64,000 nt of DNA from Chiloscyllium plagiosum (GCF_004010195.1 NC_057718.1:56912636-56976635); one strand, 5' to 3'. Counted from the stretch's first letter, positions 12,086 to 26,375 are shown. Program-made: numbers and translations. Notes: a model not told the origin generated them from the letters alone.

Positions 12086-13022
12086 TACCATGGAACTGAA
12101 AAGGTGACCCTAATCAATATCTCCAGAAAAACAATCAAGAATCCACATTTATCCCTGTGAAACAATGCATTGTGAAAAATATTTAAGCAAAATGTTTGGT
12201 TTTGTTATTTTCTTTCATTTATCCCTTAACTGTGTTTGTTTGTCTTTTGTATGAATGAGGTCTGAAAACAAACGTTTCAGATTTAAAACATACACATTTA
12301 TTGGATTACCTTGTTGTTTAATTTTCCTGCTTACTATTTAATAAATTGTCAAATCTTTTGTTTAAAATACAAAACTGGTTGCCTGGAATTAATCATTAAC
12401 AAAGTCTGGGATTGGTTATTCAAAAGTCTGGCTAACTAACAGAGTAATTATTAAAGCTCTTTGAAAGTTTTAATTTGACTGTATTGCGAATAAAGATGTG
12501 TAAACGCTGATTTGGTTCAGCTGTGTGTTCCGTACTGTGACAGCATCAGTAACTTTTAGTAGAATAGATACAAGAATAAAATGTCTGCAAGTTAGCTCTA
12601 AAAATTGAAGGTGCAGATTTTTTTTGACAGTATCAAGTTGTTCAGGGGGATTATAACATAAAATGATTTAAGGGAAGAGTGATGCAACGGCCTGTTTGAT
12701 CAAGGACCATCAGTAAGTGCAAAAGGTAAAGAAGCTAATTGCAGGTCATTAACATTACATGCAAGCTATTACCATGTGGCTGAGACTAAGAACTCTAAAT
12801 TTAAAGTTGGACATTTTGTAATCAAGATAATGTATGAAGGGTCACAATTCTTTCGAACACCCACCAACAGGAGGAAGTACAGAAAAGGAAGCGGAGAATG
12901 GAATGCCAGTAATCAAGGCCAAGGACTAATTCCACCTCCCAGACACATGTGCGAAATGTTAGTTGGAGACGCTGCTCTAGGATCAGCTCATCAGCCACAC
13001 AAGAACCCACAGAATAATGACT

Positions 13023-13839
13023 AGTGACAGAATTTTCTGGGTGGATAAGCAAGTGATTGCTAAGGACACATTGAGAACATGATTTGTATAGAGGCAGGTT
13101 ATAGTGGTAGTTGCAGACGAACTGGAATCAAAGGGTCAAATACAAAGGTAGCTTTGGTTTGCAACAATGAGTGGACTAAATTGTGGCCAGTTACCAATGA
13201 CAAATGTCTTCTACCAACCAACAATAATACTTATTCTCAGAAAGCTGAACAGCTTTGGTTTGTGAAAACATGGAGAAGTCTTCAGACCACCATCAGCTTA
13301 GGGGCTCTCTCTTTCGTTATTCTGTGCAGTAAAGGACACTTGAAACCTGAAGAAAACCAGTTCATCTTTCCTTCAGCAGTTACTGTAAACTGTGACTTAT
13401 AATTGATAAGTCAGAGACATTTTATAAGTGAATTACCCACTGTGTCTCTTGCAAACCAGTATAAGCATCTAGAGGATAACAGAGCAGCAGCATTTTGATC
13501 AACACAAGTACCATAAAATTGTCTCAGCAATCCTTGTGAATGACTAATGAGCTTGTTTCCCAATTGTCCCTTCATCCATAACCCCATTTTATATATATTA
13601 CACAGAAAAAAAGACTTGATTAGTAGAGTTATAGGCTGACAGTTTACAATTTTTAGCTGTTTCTTGCGTTAAATAGTAATCGTTAAGTACAGAAATCTGA
13701 TATGATTTTTAATAACTTGGATACGAATATCAGGCAAATTAGGAAATGTTGGTATAGTTTTTTTTTAATCTAACTTTTTATGATGAAGCCAGAAATAACA
13801 GAGCTCAGTTTCCCATATGCTATACACTGAACTGTGACA
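13023..13839 (+). mobile_element. Possible solo LTR
   Basis: About 0.8 kb non-coding block with LTR-like termini (gtgacag...ctgtgaca); no partner LTR seen. Confidence 0.3.
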
Positions 13840-14279
13840 CAATAATTATTCATGCACTTCAAGTCCCTTGCAAGAAAGGCCATTTTTTTTGTAATTGCCT
13901 GCTATAACTGTTTACTTTTTGCCTTCCTTGTACAAGTCTCCCTAAACATCAACATTTATGAGTTTTACACCTTGAGAAAAGATTCTGCTATTCTATTCCT
14001 ACAATCAAAATGTATAGAGAGCAATTAGTACAAAAGCTAAAATGACAGCCTGAGGATATGTAGACAGGGTCAATAATGTCACTTCACTGAAACACTGTTT
14101 GGATAGGGATTTTAAAAAAAAAAGACGTTATTTGTGGGCATAGTTTATAGATCTTCTAACAGTAACTACACTGTAGGATAAGGTTATACATTAAGAAATA
14201 ATGGGAGCCTTGTGAGAAAGTTATAGTAACGAATACAGTGATGTTATACAAATAATAACAAACACAACTGATGCTCAAC

Positions 14280-15425
14280 AAAATGCAAAGAAGTGTGAGG
14301 GCGCTGGAAATCTGAAAAGAAACATACGTATCTGGAGAAACTCAGAAGGTATGACAGAATCTATGGAGTCAAAACAGAGTCAACATTTCGGGGCCAGTGA
14401 CTATTCTTTGGAACAGAGAAGATCTTAGTATTGCCCCTCAGTGCCCCACTTCAATGAATTTCATGTACAAGATATCTTCACCATCGTGCCCATTTCTTTG
14501 GGCAAGAGTGCTCTCCTGAGATATAGACCCCTTCATCCATCTCCAACACTCTCCCTCCACCTGAACCACTCCCCCACTCCCTCTGACCTTTTACCTGCTC
14601 TTGAAACATTCATCAAGAACCGCTGATATGATATCTGTCACCTTTGGTTTGAATGGGTGAGAGAGGTAGAGAAATTATCTCCCACTGAACTGACCACTCA
14701 CCACTCTCTCAGATCTAACCCTGTTTTTGTAAGCAAGCACACCAACTAGGGTGGTGCTGTTTTGGTCTGGCACACTGACCTCTGCATTGCATAGGGTAAG
14801 CACCAGCTCTTGGACACCACCTCCTACCTTTTCCTGGATCATGATGCCATCATCAAACACCAAGCTATTTTGTCCATAATGGTCACTAATCCCATTTTAG
14901 CTGGTGAGCTCCCACGTACCCCACAGTCTCCAAATTCATAGTCAACCAACACTGGATAGCCTATTTCTCCCTCCTTCCCAAAATCCACAAAGGCCCCAGA
15001 TACAACTTCCAAGTGAAGCAGGGTGAGGGTCAGGAGCAATTTACCTACATTGCACAATGTAGTCTACTGTATTTGTTACTCATTACATGGTCTCCTCTAC
15101 ATTGGGCGATGAAATGCAGACTGGGCGGTCACTTTGTGGAATACGTATACTCTGACTACAGAAATGACCGCGAGCTTCTGGCTACCTGACACTTCAACAC
15201 ACCAGCTTATTCCCATGTTAACATTTCTATCTCGGGCTTGCTTCCGTGCTTCAGCAAAGCTCAGCACAAGCTGAAGGATCAGCATCTCCTTTGTCAATTG
15301 GGGACCTGTAGCCTTCAAGCCTCTATATAGAGTTCAATAATTTTAACACCTTTCTCCATGTTCTGGCCCCTGCCCCTCCACCCCAAACTTGTGGTCCTGT
15401 CATGACATGGGTTACTTTCACCATA
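14280..15425 (+). mobile_element. Old C-rich Penelope-like remnant with an inverted pLTR at its left end
   Basis: Minus pLTR-like 14280-14420; plus-strand ttcccaaaatccacaa (LPKIHK-like) and GIY-YIG-like gtctactgtatttg..ctctacattgggcga. Confidence 0.65.
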
Positions 15426-16724
15426 AGTAATGTTAATTTACATTTAGACTGAATACTGATTGGCAAAGGTAGTCTGGAAAATGAGGATTTTTTTTTCTTT
15501 GCAACATTTTCTTACAGCAGCACATTCTATAACTGACCAGAGGACATTCTAGACCTGGTAGTATTCAATGAGACAGGATTAATTATTTATCTTATGGTAA
15601 AGGCTTCCCGATGGAGCAGTGATCAGAAGACGATTGAATATTGCATTCAGTTTGATGGAGAAGTGATTGGATCTCAGACTTATGTTTTAAAACTTGTGAT
15701 ATAAAAACAGAATCAGCTAAACTGAACTGGAAAATTAGGTCAAGGGATAAGTCAGTAGAGACAAAATAAGATACTTAAGGAGATAATTAAGACACGTAAC
15801 AAAGATACATTCCAGTGAGCAAGAAGGACTTGTGGTGAAGAATAACTTATTTATGGCTAACAGTAGAAATTAAAGAAAGTATCAAACTGATAAAGTGTAT
15901 ACAGGACTGGACAGAAAATAAAACAGAGAAGAATGACTAAGAAACTGAATATGGAAGACTAAGTACTCGAGTTTGTTAGAAATTTAAAAACAGACAGCAA
16001 GAGTTTCTATGGCTATTTAAAAAGAAAAAAAAAGTAACTAAGCTAAGCACCGATTCTCTAGAGAGTGAGTCACTTTTGAAATGGATTTAATTGTTCCATG
16101 ACTGATGGCTATGCTTTCTGGTGCCATGACCTGAAGCTCTTAAAATTCCTTCCCTACAAATCTCTATGCTTCACTTTCACATTTTAAGACAATCCTTAAA
16201 GCCTCCTATCTCTTTGCTTAAGCTTTTGGTCACCCCTGACTCAATATCTCCTTACATGGTTCAGTGTTCTATCGTGTTTCATAGTACTTTCTTAAAGCAC
16301 CTTAGTACATTATTATATTTTTAAATACCAGTAATCTGTTATTTTGTACAGATACAATCCATTCATAAGGTTTAAACTTAAACTAATTTTAAATAGTTAC
16401 ATAAAATTTAATCCCATCTGCTCTCATGTTATTAATGTGAGTCTATGATAAATACTGAAGTAAAGGAATTATTCAATATTTCTGCCACTTTATTACAGCT
16501 ATGTGTATTTTACCTCTTCATCCCCTAGCAGTCCTATTGCCAGAAGGATATTCTTTATTTGATTTATGTCTACTGAATGTTTTATTATTTTATGTTTTGA
16601 TCCTTGACAATTTAGTTTCATATCTTCTCTTCACCTTCATAATTGTTTTTCTGGATTTCTTTTCCCTAAACATTTTGTATTCTTCATCATGCTGTCCCGT
16701 TCTATCCAAGTATTCTATCCCAAG

Positions 16725-19200
16725 GGGAGGCTATAGCCTAGTAGTATTATTGATAAGACTAATAATCCAGAGAACCTGATAATGTACCATCCCCTTGATC
16801 ACGATCCCACCTCTTATCACCAAACCATCATCTCCCAGACCATCAACAACCTCATCGCCTCGGGAGATCTCCCATTCACAGCCTCCAACTGATAGTTCCC
16901 CAACCCCACACCACCCATTTCTATCTCCTAGCCAAAATCTACAGATCTGACTACCCAGGTCGACCCACTATCCCTGTCTGCTCCTGCCGACTGAACTCAT
17001 CTCTGCTTAGCTTGACTCCGTCCACTCCTCTTTGGTCAAGCAACATTTGGGACATAACCCATGCCCTCCATCTTCTCCAAGGCTTTCAATTCCCAAGTAC
17101 CCAACACTTCATCTTCACATGGACATTCAGTCTCTCTACACCTGTATCCCTCATAAGGGCCTAAAAGCTCTGCATTTCTTTCTTTCCCGCAGGCCTAATC
17201 AGTCCCTCTGCACCAACACACATTCACTTAACAGAACTGGTCCTCACCCTCAAATATTTTTCCTTTGACTCCTTCCACTTCCTACAAACCAAAGGCGTGG
17301 CCGCAGGAACCTGCACAGGTCCGAGCTATGCCTGCCTCTTCATAGGATACAAAGCTACGCCAACACCATTTCTTACCTTTCCCTCCACTACACTGATGAC
17401 TGTATCCATGCTGCCTTGTGCTTCCACAAGGAGCTTGAACAGTTCAACACCTCACTCCTTTTCCTGGATCTCTCCATTTCAGTAACTGACTTAGCACCAC
17501 CATCCATTTCGACTCCCACAGCTACCTCCTCTCACCTGCCCTCCTGCAAAAACGCGATCTCATATTCCCAATTCGTCTACTGCACCTGCTCCCAGGACGA
17601 GGGATTCCACAGCCCATATGTCCCCCTTCTTCAAGGACTGTAATTTCCTCTCTTCCATGATTAATAATGCCCTCCACCACGTCTCCTCCATTTATCGCAC
17701 CTCTGCCCTCAAACCCCACACCCCCAACCCCAAGAATAGAGTCCCCCTTGTCCTCACATATCATCCCACCAATCTCCAAATCCAACATATCATCCTCTGC
17801 CATTTTCACCACCTACAGTCAGATCCCACCACCAAAACAAAAATTTCTTCCCCAACCCATCTGCTTTTCGTAGGTACTGCTTACTCTTCAACTCCCTTGT
17901 CAGTTCCACACACTCTCCACCAACCTCTCCTCCACAGCTGGCACCTTTCCCTGCAACCGTAGGAAATGCAACACCTGCCCCTACACATCCCCTCACCTCT
18001 GTCTAAGACTCCAAACAAACAATCATTCCAATTCTGGTAGAGATTCATCGGTACTTCCTCTAACCTGGTATATTTCATTTGTTGTACCTGATGTTGTCTC
18101 CTCTAAAATCAGAGAGGAGTCTCAGACTCACGACTTCACTAAGCATTTGCGCTGTATGCTCTAATCAACACCATCCAGATGCCAGTAATTTCAATACCCC
18201 CTCCCACTTCCCTGTTGACACCCTATCCTGGGTCTCCTCCACTGTCAAAATGAGGTCAAATGCAAATTGGAGGAACGACACCTTACATTGTGCCCCAGAG
18301 CTTACAGCCCAATGGCCTCAATAAAGAATTCACCAGCTTCATATTCTTCCCACCCCAACCTTATTCCACGTGCATCGCTCTCTCTCTTCTACACCTCCTT
18401 GATCTGACCTAACCTGTCCATCTTCCTTCTCACCGATCCACTCAACCCTTTCCACTGGGAGAAAGTGAGGACTGCAGATGCTGGAGATCAGAGTCAAAGA
18501 GTGTGGTGCTGGAAAAGCACAGCCACCCAATCAGGTAGCATCCTGCGCCTCAGATGCTGCCTGACCGACTGTGCTTTTCCAGCACCACACTCTTCCACCC
18601 CTCCCACTGACCAATCACAATAATCACCTACCTGCATCCACATATCACCAATGCACCTACCTTTCCTGCATCTACCAATCACCATCCTGCCTATCTTTCC
18701 CCCAGTGCCACCCTCCTCCCTCTATTTATTTCAGAGTTCTCTTCCCCCTCCCCGTTCGTGAAGAAGGGTCCTGACCCGAAACATTGACTTTCCTGCTCCT
18801 CCAATGCTGTCTGACCTGCTGTACCTTTCCAGCTCCAAAATTCTATGAACTCTGACTTCCAGCATTTGCCATCCTTACTATCTCCAATATTCTGGGGACC
18901 TGAGTTCAAATCCCACCATGGGAGTTAGTGGAAAAATAAATAATGATTCAATGAAGAATGTGGAATAAAGAGTCTAATGATAATCATGAAACCATTGTCA
19001 ATTGTCAGGAAAAATCCATCTGGTTCACTAATGTCCTTTAGGGAAGGAAGCCTGTCATCCTTACCTAGTCTGGCCTACATGTGACTCCAGACCCACAGCA
19101 ATATGATTGATTCTTAACTGCCCTCTGGACAATTAGGAATGGGCAATAAATGGTGGCCCAGCCAGTGACACCAAAATCCCATGCATGAATGAAAAAAAAT
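16725..19200 (+). mobile_element. tRNA-derived SINE split by a PLE (16725-~16785 and ~18886-19200)
   Basis: A-box-like tagcctagtagta; B-box gagttcaaatccc at ~18902; body ccatctggttcactaatgtcctttagggaaggaa; A-rich tail. Confidence 0.8.
16786..18885 (+). mobile_element. C-rich Penelope-like element (RT + GIY-YIG + pLTR), with nested palindromic pLTR ~18458-18595
   Basis: MDIQSLYTCIPHKGLKALHFFLSRRPNQS (17032..), GTCTGPSYACLFIGY, RVPLVLTYHPTNLQIQHII; pLTR gaagaagggtcctgacccgaaacattgac at ~18760. Confidence 0.88.
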
Positions 19201-19780
19201 TTAATCTATACCTCTTTCTCTAACATCAGTTTTCCCCGATGTCCTTACTCATCTTTTGGCTCATTTCAATTATCTATTGCTAAACATGTACCAATTTGTC
19301 CAAATTTACCAAAGTAAATTACCTTTTTTTCCTCCACCTGTGTAAACTCATCCACTGTTGCTTGTGGTTGTTGGATTACATCATTGAAAAGTGTAGCAAA
19401 GTCTTACAAAGCTGAATAAATTTCCATATTGCATCCCAATAGGTCGCTGAATAATCCAATGTTGTTACAAAATAAAAGTTTAATAGCAATGTTGCTGTCA
19501 CTAACATGTTTCCCTGGCATATGCTTCTAAAATCCAGATAATGACTAATTTCAGTCAGTCAATCACTGTTCATTTTCACAAATGGCAGAGTTAGTAATAG
19601 ACCTAACTAACTCTTTTTACAAAAGGCCATGAAGCAACTTGGGAAAAATGTTAAATTTGCAGCCAAGTGTTATGCAGACCAGTATGCCTCAGGCACCAGA
19701 TTGCACACATATATCATGAAGTAGATTTTACAGCAAAATAGACTGTTCTAGTATCTGACCAGTTCAGTGCAAGAATGCTG

Positions 19781-19968
19781 TTGAGTGTGTAGTGCTGGAA
19801 AAGCACAGCAGGTCAGGCAGCATCCGAGGAGGAGGAGAAGAATCGATGTTTTGGGCATAAACCCTTCATCAGGAATCCTGCTCAGCGGATGCTACCTGAC
19901 CTGCTGTGCTTTTCCAGCACCACACTCTCGACTCCAATCTCCAGCATCTGCAATCCTCACTTTCCCCT
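19781..19968. mobile_element. Palindromic PLE pLTR insertion
   Basis: gtgctggaaaagcacagcaggtcaggcagcatccg / cggatgctacctgacctgctgtgcttttccagcac arms; 15-bp TSD agtgcaagaatgctg at 19766-19780 and 19969-19983. Confidence 0.88.
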
Positions 19969-20589
19969 AGTGCAAGAATGCTGGCCAAATAATATAATGG
20001 CAAATCATTTTCAGCACATAAGAGTACAAGATACATTTATCCTTCTAATTAAAATACATTACAATCTTGATACACACCAGTAACCTTTTCTTTTCAACAG
20101 GAAGAAATCTGAAAAGCCAGTTATTCACTAAAGGATAAAAAATAGAATTTTACAGTTAGATGAGAGAATTTCCTTCACTAGTACGCAATAAGCATGACCC
20201 ACCTTCTCAGATACTTTTTTATACACATATTTCCAAAATCAAGACGAGTTAAACATGATCTATCGTTTACACATTAAATAGAAGATACAACTGAGACTAA
20301 TCTTATGAATTAGTTTGGTAGCCCTCACAGCATTGGTCACCAATCTCAGTCAAAGTCTGTTCCCTCAGAATTCTGCTCCTTTCTTTCCATGATATAACTT
20401 TATCCTCAGCTGAATAAAGCACATAACAAACCCAAGTTCCAAGAGGAAGGCGCAACCTCTTTAACTCATTATGGATGTTGCTGTTTTGAATGTTATTTTC
20501 AAGTAACAAACATTTGTAGCAAAACGTAGCTCAACTTCTAGATCTGGATTCCAGCATTTCTATACTGCACTACTATGAACTATTAGTAC

Positions 20590-20940
20590 TTTTTAAGATT
20601 ACGAAGGGCATGCAGAGGGAAAGAAAACAGCTGCTTGCCTTAGTTGAAGGGTCAAGAATAAGGAGGAACACTTTTAAACAAAGGAGGGTTAGAGGGTACT
20701 TTAGGAAATTCTTTTTCATCCAGCAGGTGTCGTGGGTCTAGAATGCACTGCCTGGGAGGATAGTTGAGTCAGTTAACCTCCCAACCTTTAAAAGGTACTT
20801 GGACAAACTTTTGAGCGTATCATAATGTTCAAGTTTATGGGTCTAGTATGGCAAAGTGGGATTAATGTAGGTAGTAGTCTATTTTTGGCAGTACAAATTC
20901 AGTGGGCAGAAGGGCTTTTTGTTCTCTATGATTCTACGAC
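20590..20940 (+). mobile_element. Old CR1 3' fragment
   Basis: tttttcatccagcaggtgtcgtgggtctagaatgcactgcct; tail gggcagaagggc..ctctatgattctac. Confidence 0.7.
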
Positions 20941-21627
20941 TTTAAGCCTGGATGACTCTGCATCCCTTTATATATCTCCACAATTTCAATCAATCCAGAC
21001 TTTTTGGTTTCAGTTTTGATTTCCTTAGAAACTGGGTCAGTTTGGGTCTACCTCAAAAACAATCTTTGACTCAACACTATTGACTATTTCATCACTAATG
21101 GTCATATTCTCATCTGGAGAAAGTTAGATTCTTCTCCTAATACCTAGTGCACATTTCGGCTGAAAAGTTGTTCATAGCACACAGCTCAGTTATGACACTT
21201 ATTTTTTATTTTACTCAAATTGAATACTTATACATTACAATACAACACAGCACAAAAACACGCTCCACGTCCCCCCAAGCCTGCAATGATTCCTAATCCT
21301 TATTTAAACCTGTTACCCATTGTTTCTATCCCTGTTTGCCTCCCAATAGCCTGTCCTAGATTTTAGTGAATAAGCTTCAGGGACAAACTCATAAGCATTA
21401 AGTATTGCACTGTTAACAGCTTAATCGCCTGCAAATTGCTCTTCTGAAATTAGTGTAAACACTTATGAGCACTGCCAAGAAAACCACTCATTTTGTTGTA
21501 GCTTTTCATCTTGTAATCGTTAGCATAATTCACAAGAAATACCAAAGTAAAGGGAAAACAACATATATACTGTATGACAAGGAGTGTGCTGATGGGTCGA
21601 TAAGTAAACTTATCCAAATCCACTTAC

Positions 21628-21933
21628 GGGCGGCACGGTGGCACAGTGGTTAGCACTGCTGCCTCACAGCGCCAGAGACCCGGGTTCAATTCCTGCCTCA
21701 GACAACTATCTGTGTGGAGTTTGCACGTTCTCCCAGTGTCTGCGTGGTTTTCCTCCTGGTACTCTGGTTTCCTCCCACAGTCCAAAAATGTGCAGGTTAG
21801 GTGAATTGGCCATGCTAAATTGCCCATAGTATTAGGTGTAGGGGAATGGGTCTGGATGGGTTGCTCTTCGGAGGGTAGGTGTGGACTTCTTGGGCCAAAG
21901 GGCCTGTTTCTACGCTGTAGGTAATCTAATCTA
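21628..21933 (+). mobile_element. HE1-type tRNA-derived V-SINE, full length
   Basis: gggcggcacggtggcacagtggttagcactgctgcctcacagcgccagagacccgggttcaattcc (A/B boxes); V-domain tgtgtggagtttgcacgttctcc; CR1-like tail and (taatc)n. Confidence 0.92.
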
Positions 21934-21974
21934 AACACTAATTTGTATACAAAGTTGAAACATTGCCACTGTGA

Positions 21975-23225
21975 ATTCACCAGTTAAATGATGACTGACA
22001 GTTAACTGCAGGTTGCCACTGATTGACACTTAAGACAAGGTCAAAAGAAATAACCTTAGAATGGCTGTGATCTATTCTGTTGTGTTTAAACAGGTGGAGT
22101 GTATGCATGCAAAGGGCAGGGCTCTGTATTAACAAATGTAGCTTTCAGTATACTCAAGTGCACCATATTGTCAGCCTGAGCAATGATACTAAATTGGTTG
22201 CCAGCATATTTCACTTCATTTGAAAAGGTAAGTGCAAAGCTGAAGTGGCCAAAGGTCCTTGGACTTCAATGTAACAGCTTACACATTTGCAGTCATTGTA
22301 CTTATCAGGACAATTTGCAGACACTTTTCACACACTTGAGATCATTTAGCAAATATCGTCCAATTGTACACTTACATTTAAGATTGGACATCAGTGAGCA
22401 TTTTGCAAACATGGACTGGTTGGATATGTTCAATACCTTTCTTGTTGCAAACACCCGAAAGGCTATGCTTTTTGATCTACCAGTCTTTGGAATGTACAGC
22501 CTAGCATTACACTGCCACTAAAATCTGTATCACATCACCAGCAAAACAAATTATTGGCTTAACAGCAGCATACTGTTTATGGCGAACACCACTCCGGTTG
22601 GTGTGAAAACAACGAGCTACACCTAATATTCAAAGATTTAAGATACCTTACCTTTCATCTGAGGTAAACTGGCACTTTACAGGACGAAAATTAATGGCCT
22701 CAGGTCTGTTTATATTTTTGCGCAATATAAAATGATGAATTATCTGATCAGGGCAGCCATTATTCTACAGGATGGTTTTGATCCAGCTTATTTCGGAATT
22801 AAACTTGCATAGTCAACAAACTGATTGGATTCCTACAGGATTGTTGACAAGGCTAAATATAGAATGGATGGAACAGTAGGTTTCCTAATTTGTATACTAA
22901 CCAGTGAAGGAAGGTTTGTGTTTTATTCAGAAATAGAAAAGCCCCAGCCTGATTTCTCAACTAGGATACCAAGGGAGCTTAAAACTTAAGCAAAACTTGG
23001 CCATGTAACAGTTAGTCTTTGTTAACTAGTGTATTCTCTATAGTAATGCTATCAATCACCATTGACTTCCTAAACAATCAATACACTCCTCTTAAACAGT
23101 ATAAAATGTTGCCTTTCCTTTACTTTGATATTTGTCTGCAAATTGTCCTGATGAGTGCAAGACAAAAGGCCTGGACAACAACGTCTTTTTAAACCAATAC
23201 TCAAGTTCTTTACTATCAATTACTG
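21975..23225 (-). mobile_element. Old Penelope-like remnant (minus-strand GIY-YIG region) with plus-strand pLTR ~23010-23225
   Basis: Minus-strand gtggtgttcgccataaacagtatgctg and cagtgtaatgctagg..ccaaagactgg resemble PLE VVFATNRML / QCDAR..SQRL; degenerate HHR gtcCTGATGAgtgcaagac(A)AAAggcctggac at 23145-23176. Confidence 0.6.
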
Positions 23226-23572
23226 TTCGTGTAAGCTATCACACTTAAGTCCAAGCACCATTTGGCTACTTAAACTTTGCAGTTATCTTTTCAAATGAGG
23301 CAAAATATCCTTCAACTTCCACCTCTGTATATTTACATATTCAACAAAGATTTCTGATTAAATCAAATCCCTCAGCAGAATCAGAATCTTTCTTTACTCT
23401 AAGCTTCTTCGTAATTAAATCATGTTATCCGATTTCTGTTTCTTTCGAGCTTAAGCTTTGTAAATTCAAATTTTCCTTTCCATTCTTCTTTTGCCTAATT
23501 CCATTTCTCTTTTTCATTTCTACCCTTGTCAATTAAAACTTCTTTATTTTATTTCAAGTTCAAGCTCTTTGT

Positions 23573-23883
23573 GGGCGACACGGTGGCACAGTGGTTAGCA
23601 CTGCTGCCTCACAGTGCCAGAGACCCGGGTTCAATTCCCGCCTCAGGCGACTGACTGTGTGGAGTTTGCACGTTCTCCCAGTGTCTGCGTGGTTTTCCTC
23701 CGGGTGCTCCAGTTTTCCCCGACAGTCCAAAGATGTGCAGGTCAGGTGAATTGGCCATGCTAAATTGCCCGTAGTGTTAGGTAAGGGGTAAATGGGTGGG
23801 TTGCGCTTCGGCGGGGCGGTGTGGACTTGTTGGGCCGAAGGGCCCGATTCCACACTGTAAATAATCTAATCTAAAATCTAATC
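23573..23883 (+). mobile_element. HE1-type V-SINE, full length
   Basis: Same head, V-domain and tail as 21628-21933; (aatct)n tail. Confidence 0.92.
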
Positions 23884-25794
23884 CTCTTTTTATTTTTAAC
23901 TTAATTTTAGCCAATTCCAGTAGTGACGCATAAATGTCAGGCTTTCCTCATTGCATGTCCAAACGATGGATAATCACTCAGCATCTCATCTCACAACATC
24001 CTCCTTTTATCTCTAGCTCCAACTTATCCACTGACTCACTCAGTTTAGTCCAAATCAAAAAGATTTGAAATAACCTATTGTTACATTTTCTAAAAGTAGA
24101 ATTATTTTAGCAACAGTAAAAACCATTTTACAATGCTAACGCATGAAATGTTCTTAGCAACTGGTTCTATGCTTCCAAGTATTCATTTTTAAACATTCAC
24201 AGATGCTTATTAAATTCAAGGACGTTTAATCCTGGAAAAAAGTTCCCATGCTTTATGATCCTACCTAGCTGGACAAGTCAATAGTGAAACATGACTTGAT
24301 GGACCATAAGTTTTATTTTTCTTTAAGCTTTTAGTGTGGTGGGCAGTCACTGAACATTCACAAGAAATTATCAACGGAATTTTAACTAAAGAACTCAAAA
24401 GTTTACTGCACAAAAGGAAAACAAACTATATAACCTGAGATAAGAGCAACAGAAACAATCTTAATATAACATAAATATAGAAAATAGGTGGTGTAGAATA
24501 CTCAGCCCTTCAAGCCTGCTTTGCCATTCATTCAATCTAATTACAGCTAATCATCCAAATTGATATCGTTTCCCACTCCCATGCTTCCCCTCTTCCCTGT
24601 ACCCTTTAGCCCCATGGACTATATCCAACTCTTTCTCGCAAACATTCAATGCTTTGGCTTCAACCAATGCTTTGGCTTTCTGGGCAGAGAATTCCACAGG
24701 GTCATCACTCTCTGGATGGAGCAATTTCTCCTCATCTCACTCTCACTCTGCGACAAACGTCAGAAAGATTCATCACTTTTGTCATCTCCAGCAATATCAA
24801 TATAGACACCCGAATTTCAGCAAAGAGTCACTCCTATTTCCACGCTGAAAATTCTTGTTCCGCTGGGATTCTCTAAATAGTTTTGCTTTCAGTAAATTGC
24901 TGCACATTTACTCGATTCTATTTCTTCAGTTAATGTCTCTTTCCATGAGACTTAGTAAACTGCAAACAGAGCTCATTTACTACTCAACACTGGTTTCCCA
25001 AACCTGCGTCTTCAATAGCCATGTAAGGATGTCTTCCTCCCTGTTCACTCTGTAGAATTCTGCTTCTGGGGCTTTTTCTTCACTAACTATCAGCCAATTA
25101 GGATTTATAAGCTGTGACTGCTTGGAGATTGACGACAACAACAACAACAACAACATTTCTGTTGGTGTGGATATCTTCCTACTGCATGAACTAGTTTTAC
25201 ATCACTAACACCTCAAATTTTATTTTAAAAGTTCAGTCTGTTCAGGGATTATAATAAACACCATATCAACTCTCATCAAATATTCTTTGTAAACGTAATC
25301 AGGGAGCACTGTCTCTCTCTCTCTCTCACACACACATGGAAGCATCAGAAGAGAGAAAGTATAATGGAGTTCAATACTTCTCCTGTCTCAGGTCTCTTCT
25401 GTAACTGTTGACTCTGCTCTTATTTCTTCCGGTGAAACATCTTCCTTGAGGACTTTTTATCCCACCCAATGATGATCATTTCAGTTGAATTTTAAACAAA
25501 AAGGGTTTCTTGCAGTAATCTCATTTAGAAGCACAGAGTAACTTTTACTAACTTTACTGACAATATGCAGCTCAACATCTGGTATATTTTCAACCACCTG
25601 TGTTTTGTTCAATATTTAGCTGGCAAGTCTTTCAAAGCAATATCAAGAACACCAAAGTCTTACTCTTTAACTGCTATAAAAATTCTCACTGCTAAACAAT
25701 TTGCATCCCTAATAGTTTAATCAAGCTAAATCTAGCAATGAACAGAGTATCCCACTTATGCCAAACAGTACTTAAAACTTAGCTATGATTCAAT

Positions 25795-26375
25795 GATGGC
25801 AGATTTGCTCAGTCAGAAGGTTCTGGGTACAATTCTCACCTTGAAGAATGAACAACATAATTTAGATTGGTACATCAGTACAGTTGTCCCCCCGTATCTG
25901 CGGGTGATACATTCCAAGACCTACTGCAGATGCCCGAAACTGCAGATAATAGCAAACCCTATCCTTTAAATGGGAAACTTGCCGCCCTGGCAGCCCCCTG
26001 GAATTATTTGTGGAATATTTCATGTAATATTTTCAGGCCGCGATAAACCATGGATAACTGAAACCACGGAAACCGAATCTGCAGATATGGGGGTTCTACT
26101 GTATAGTATTGAGGGAATGCTACATGTTAGAATTGCCATCCCTCAAATGAAATGTTAAACTGGGATTCTACAGCTCATTCTAATGGATGTACACTGTCAC
26201 ATTACGATATTTAAGCGAGCTGAGCATGTGTTTTGGCCAATACAAATCTCTCAAGTTATATTTAGAATTGGAGATATGAACCTGTCTTTTATTGCTGCTT
26301 TTTGAAGCTCACTGTGCACAATTTGGTTGCTGCATTTTGAACATTGCATCACTGAGTACACTCCAAAAGTAACTG
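25795..26375 (+). mobile_element. Old DeuSINE (SacSINE1/AmnSINE1-like) split by a Tigger MITE
   Basis: agtcagaaggttctgggtacaattctcac head; gtattgagggaatgctac..aaatgttaaac; ctgtgcacaatttggttgctgcatttt..acactccaaaagta, as in the recalled Deu-domain consensus. Confidence 0.65.
25881..26101. mobile_element. pogo/Tigger-family MITE
   Basis: TA|cagttgtccccccgtatctgcgg ... tctgcagatatgggggttctactg|TA: imperfect TIRs and TA TSD. Confidence 0.85.

Noticed and set aside
20303..20509. 68-aa minus-strand ORF in non-repeat DNA (similarly 35739..35987)
   Set aside because: No recognisable homology, non-ATG start and no consistent splice signals; within chance expectation.
21628..21705. tRNA gene (A/B boxes; also 23573 and 18890)
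   Set aside because: Continues into a SINE body and LINE-like tail; a tRNA-derived SINE head, not a tRNA.
24005..24045. Minus-strand VDKLELE resembling Girdin VDKLESE
   Set aside because: Flanking codons do not match, a stop follows shortly, no fitting splice sites, and the intervening exons are missing.
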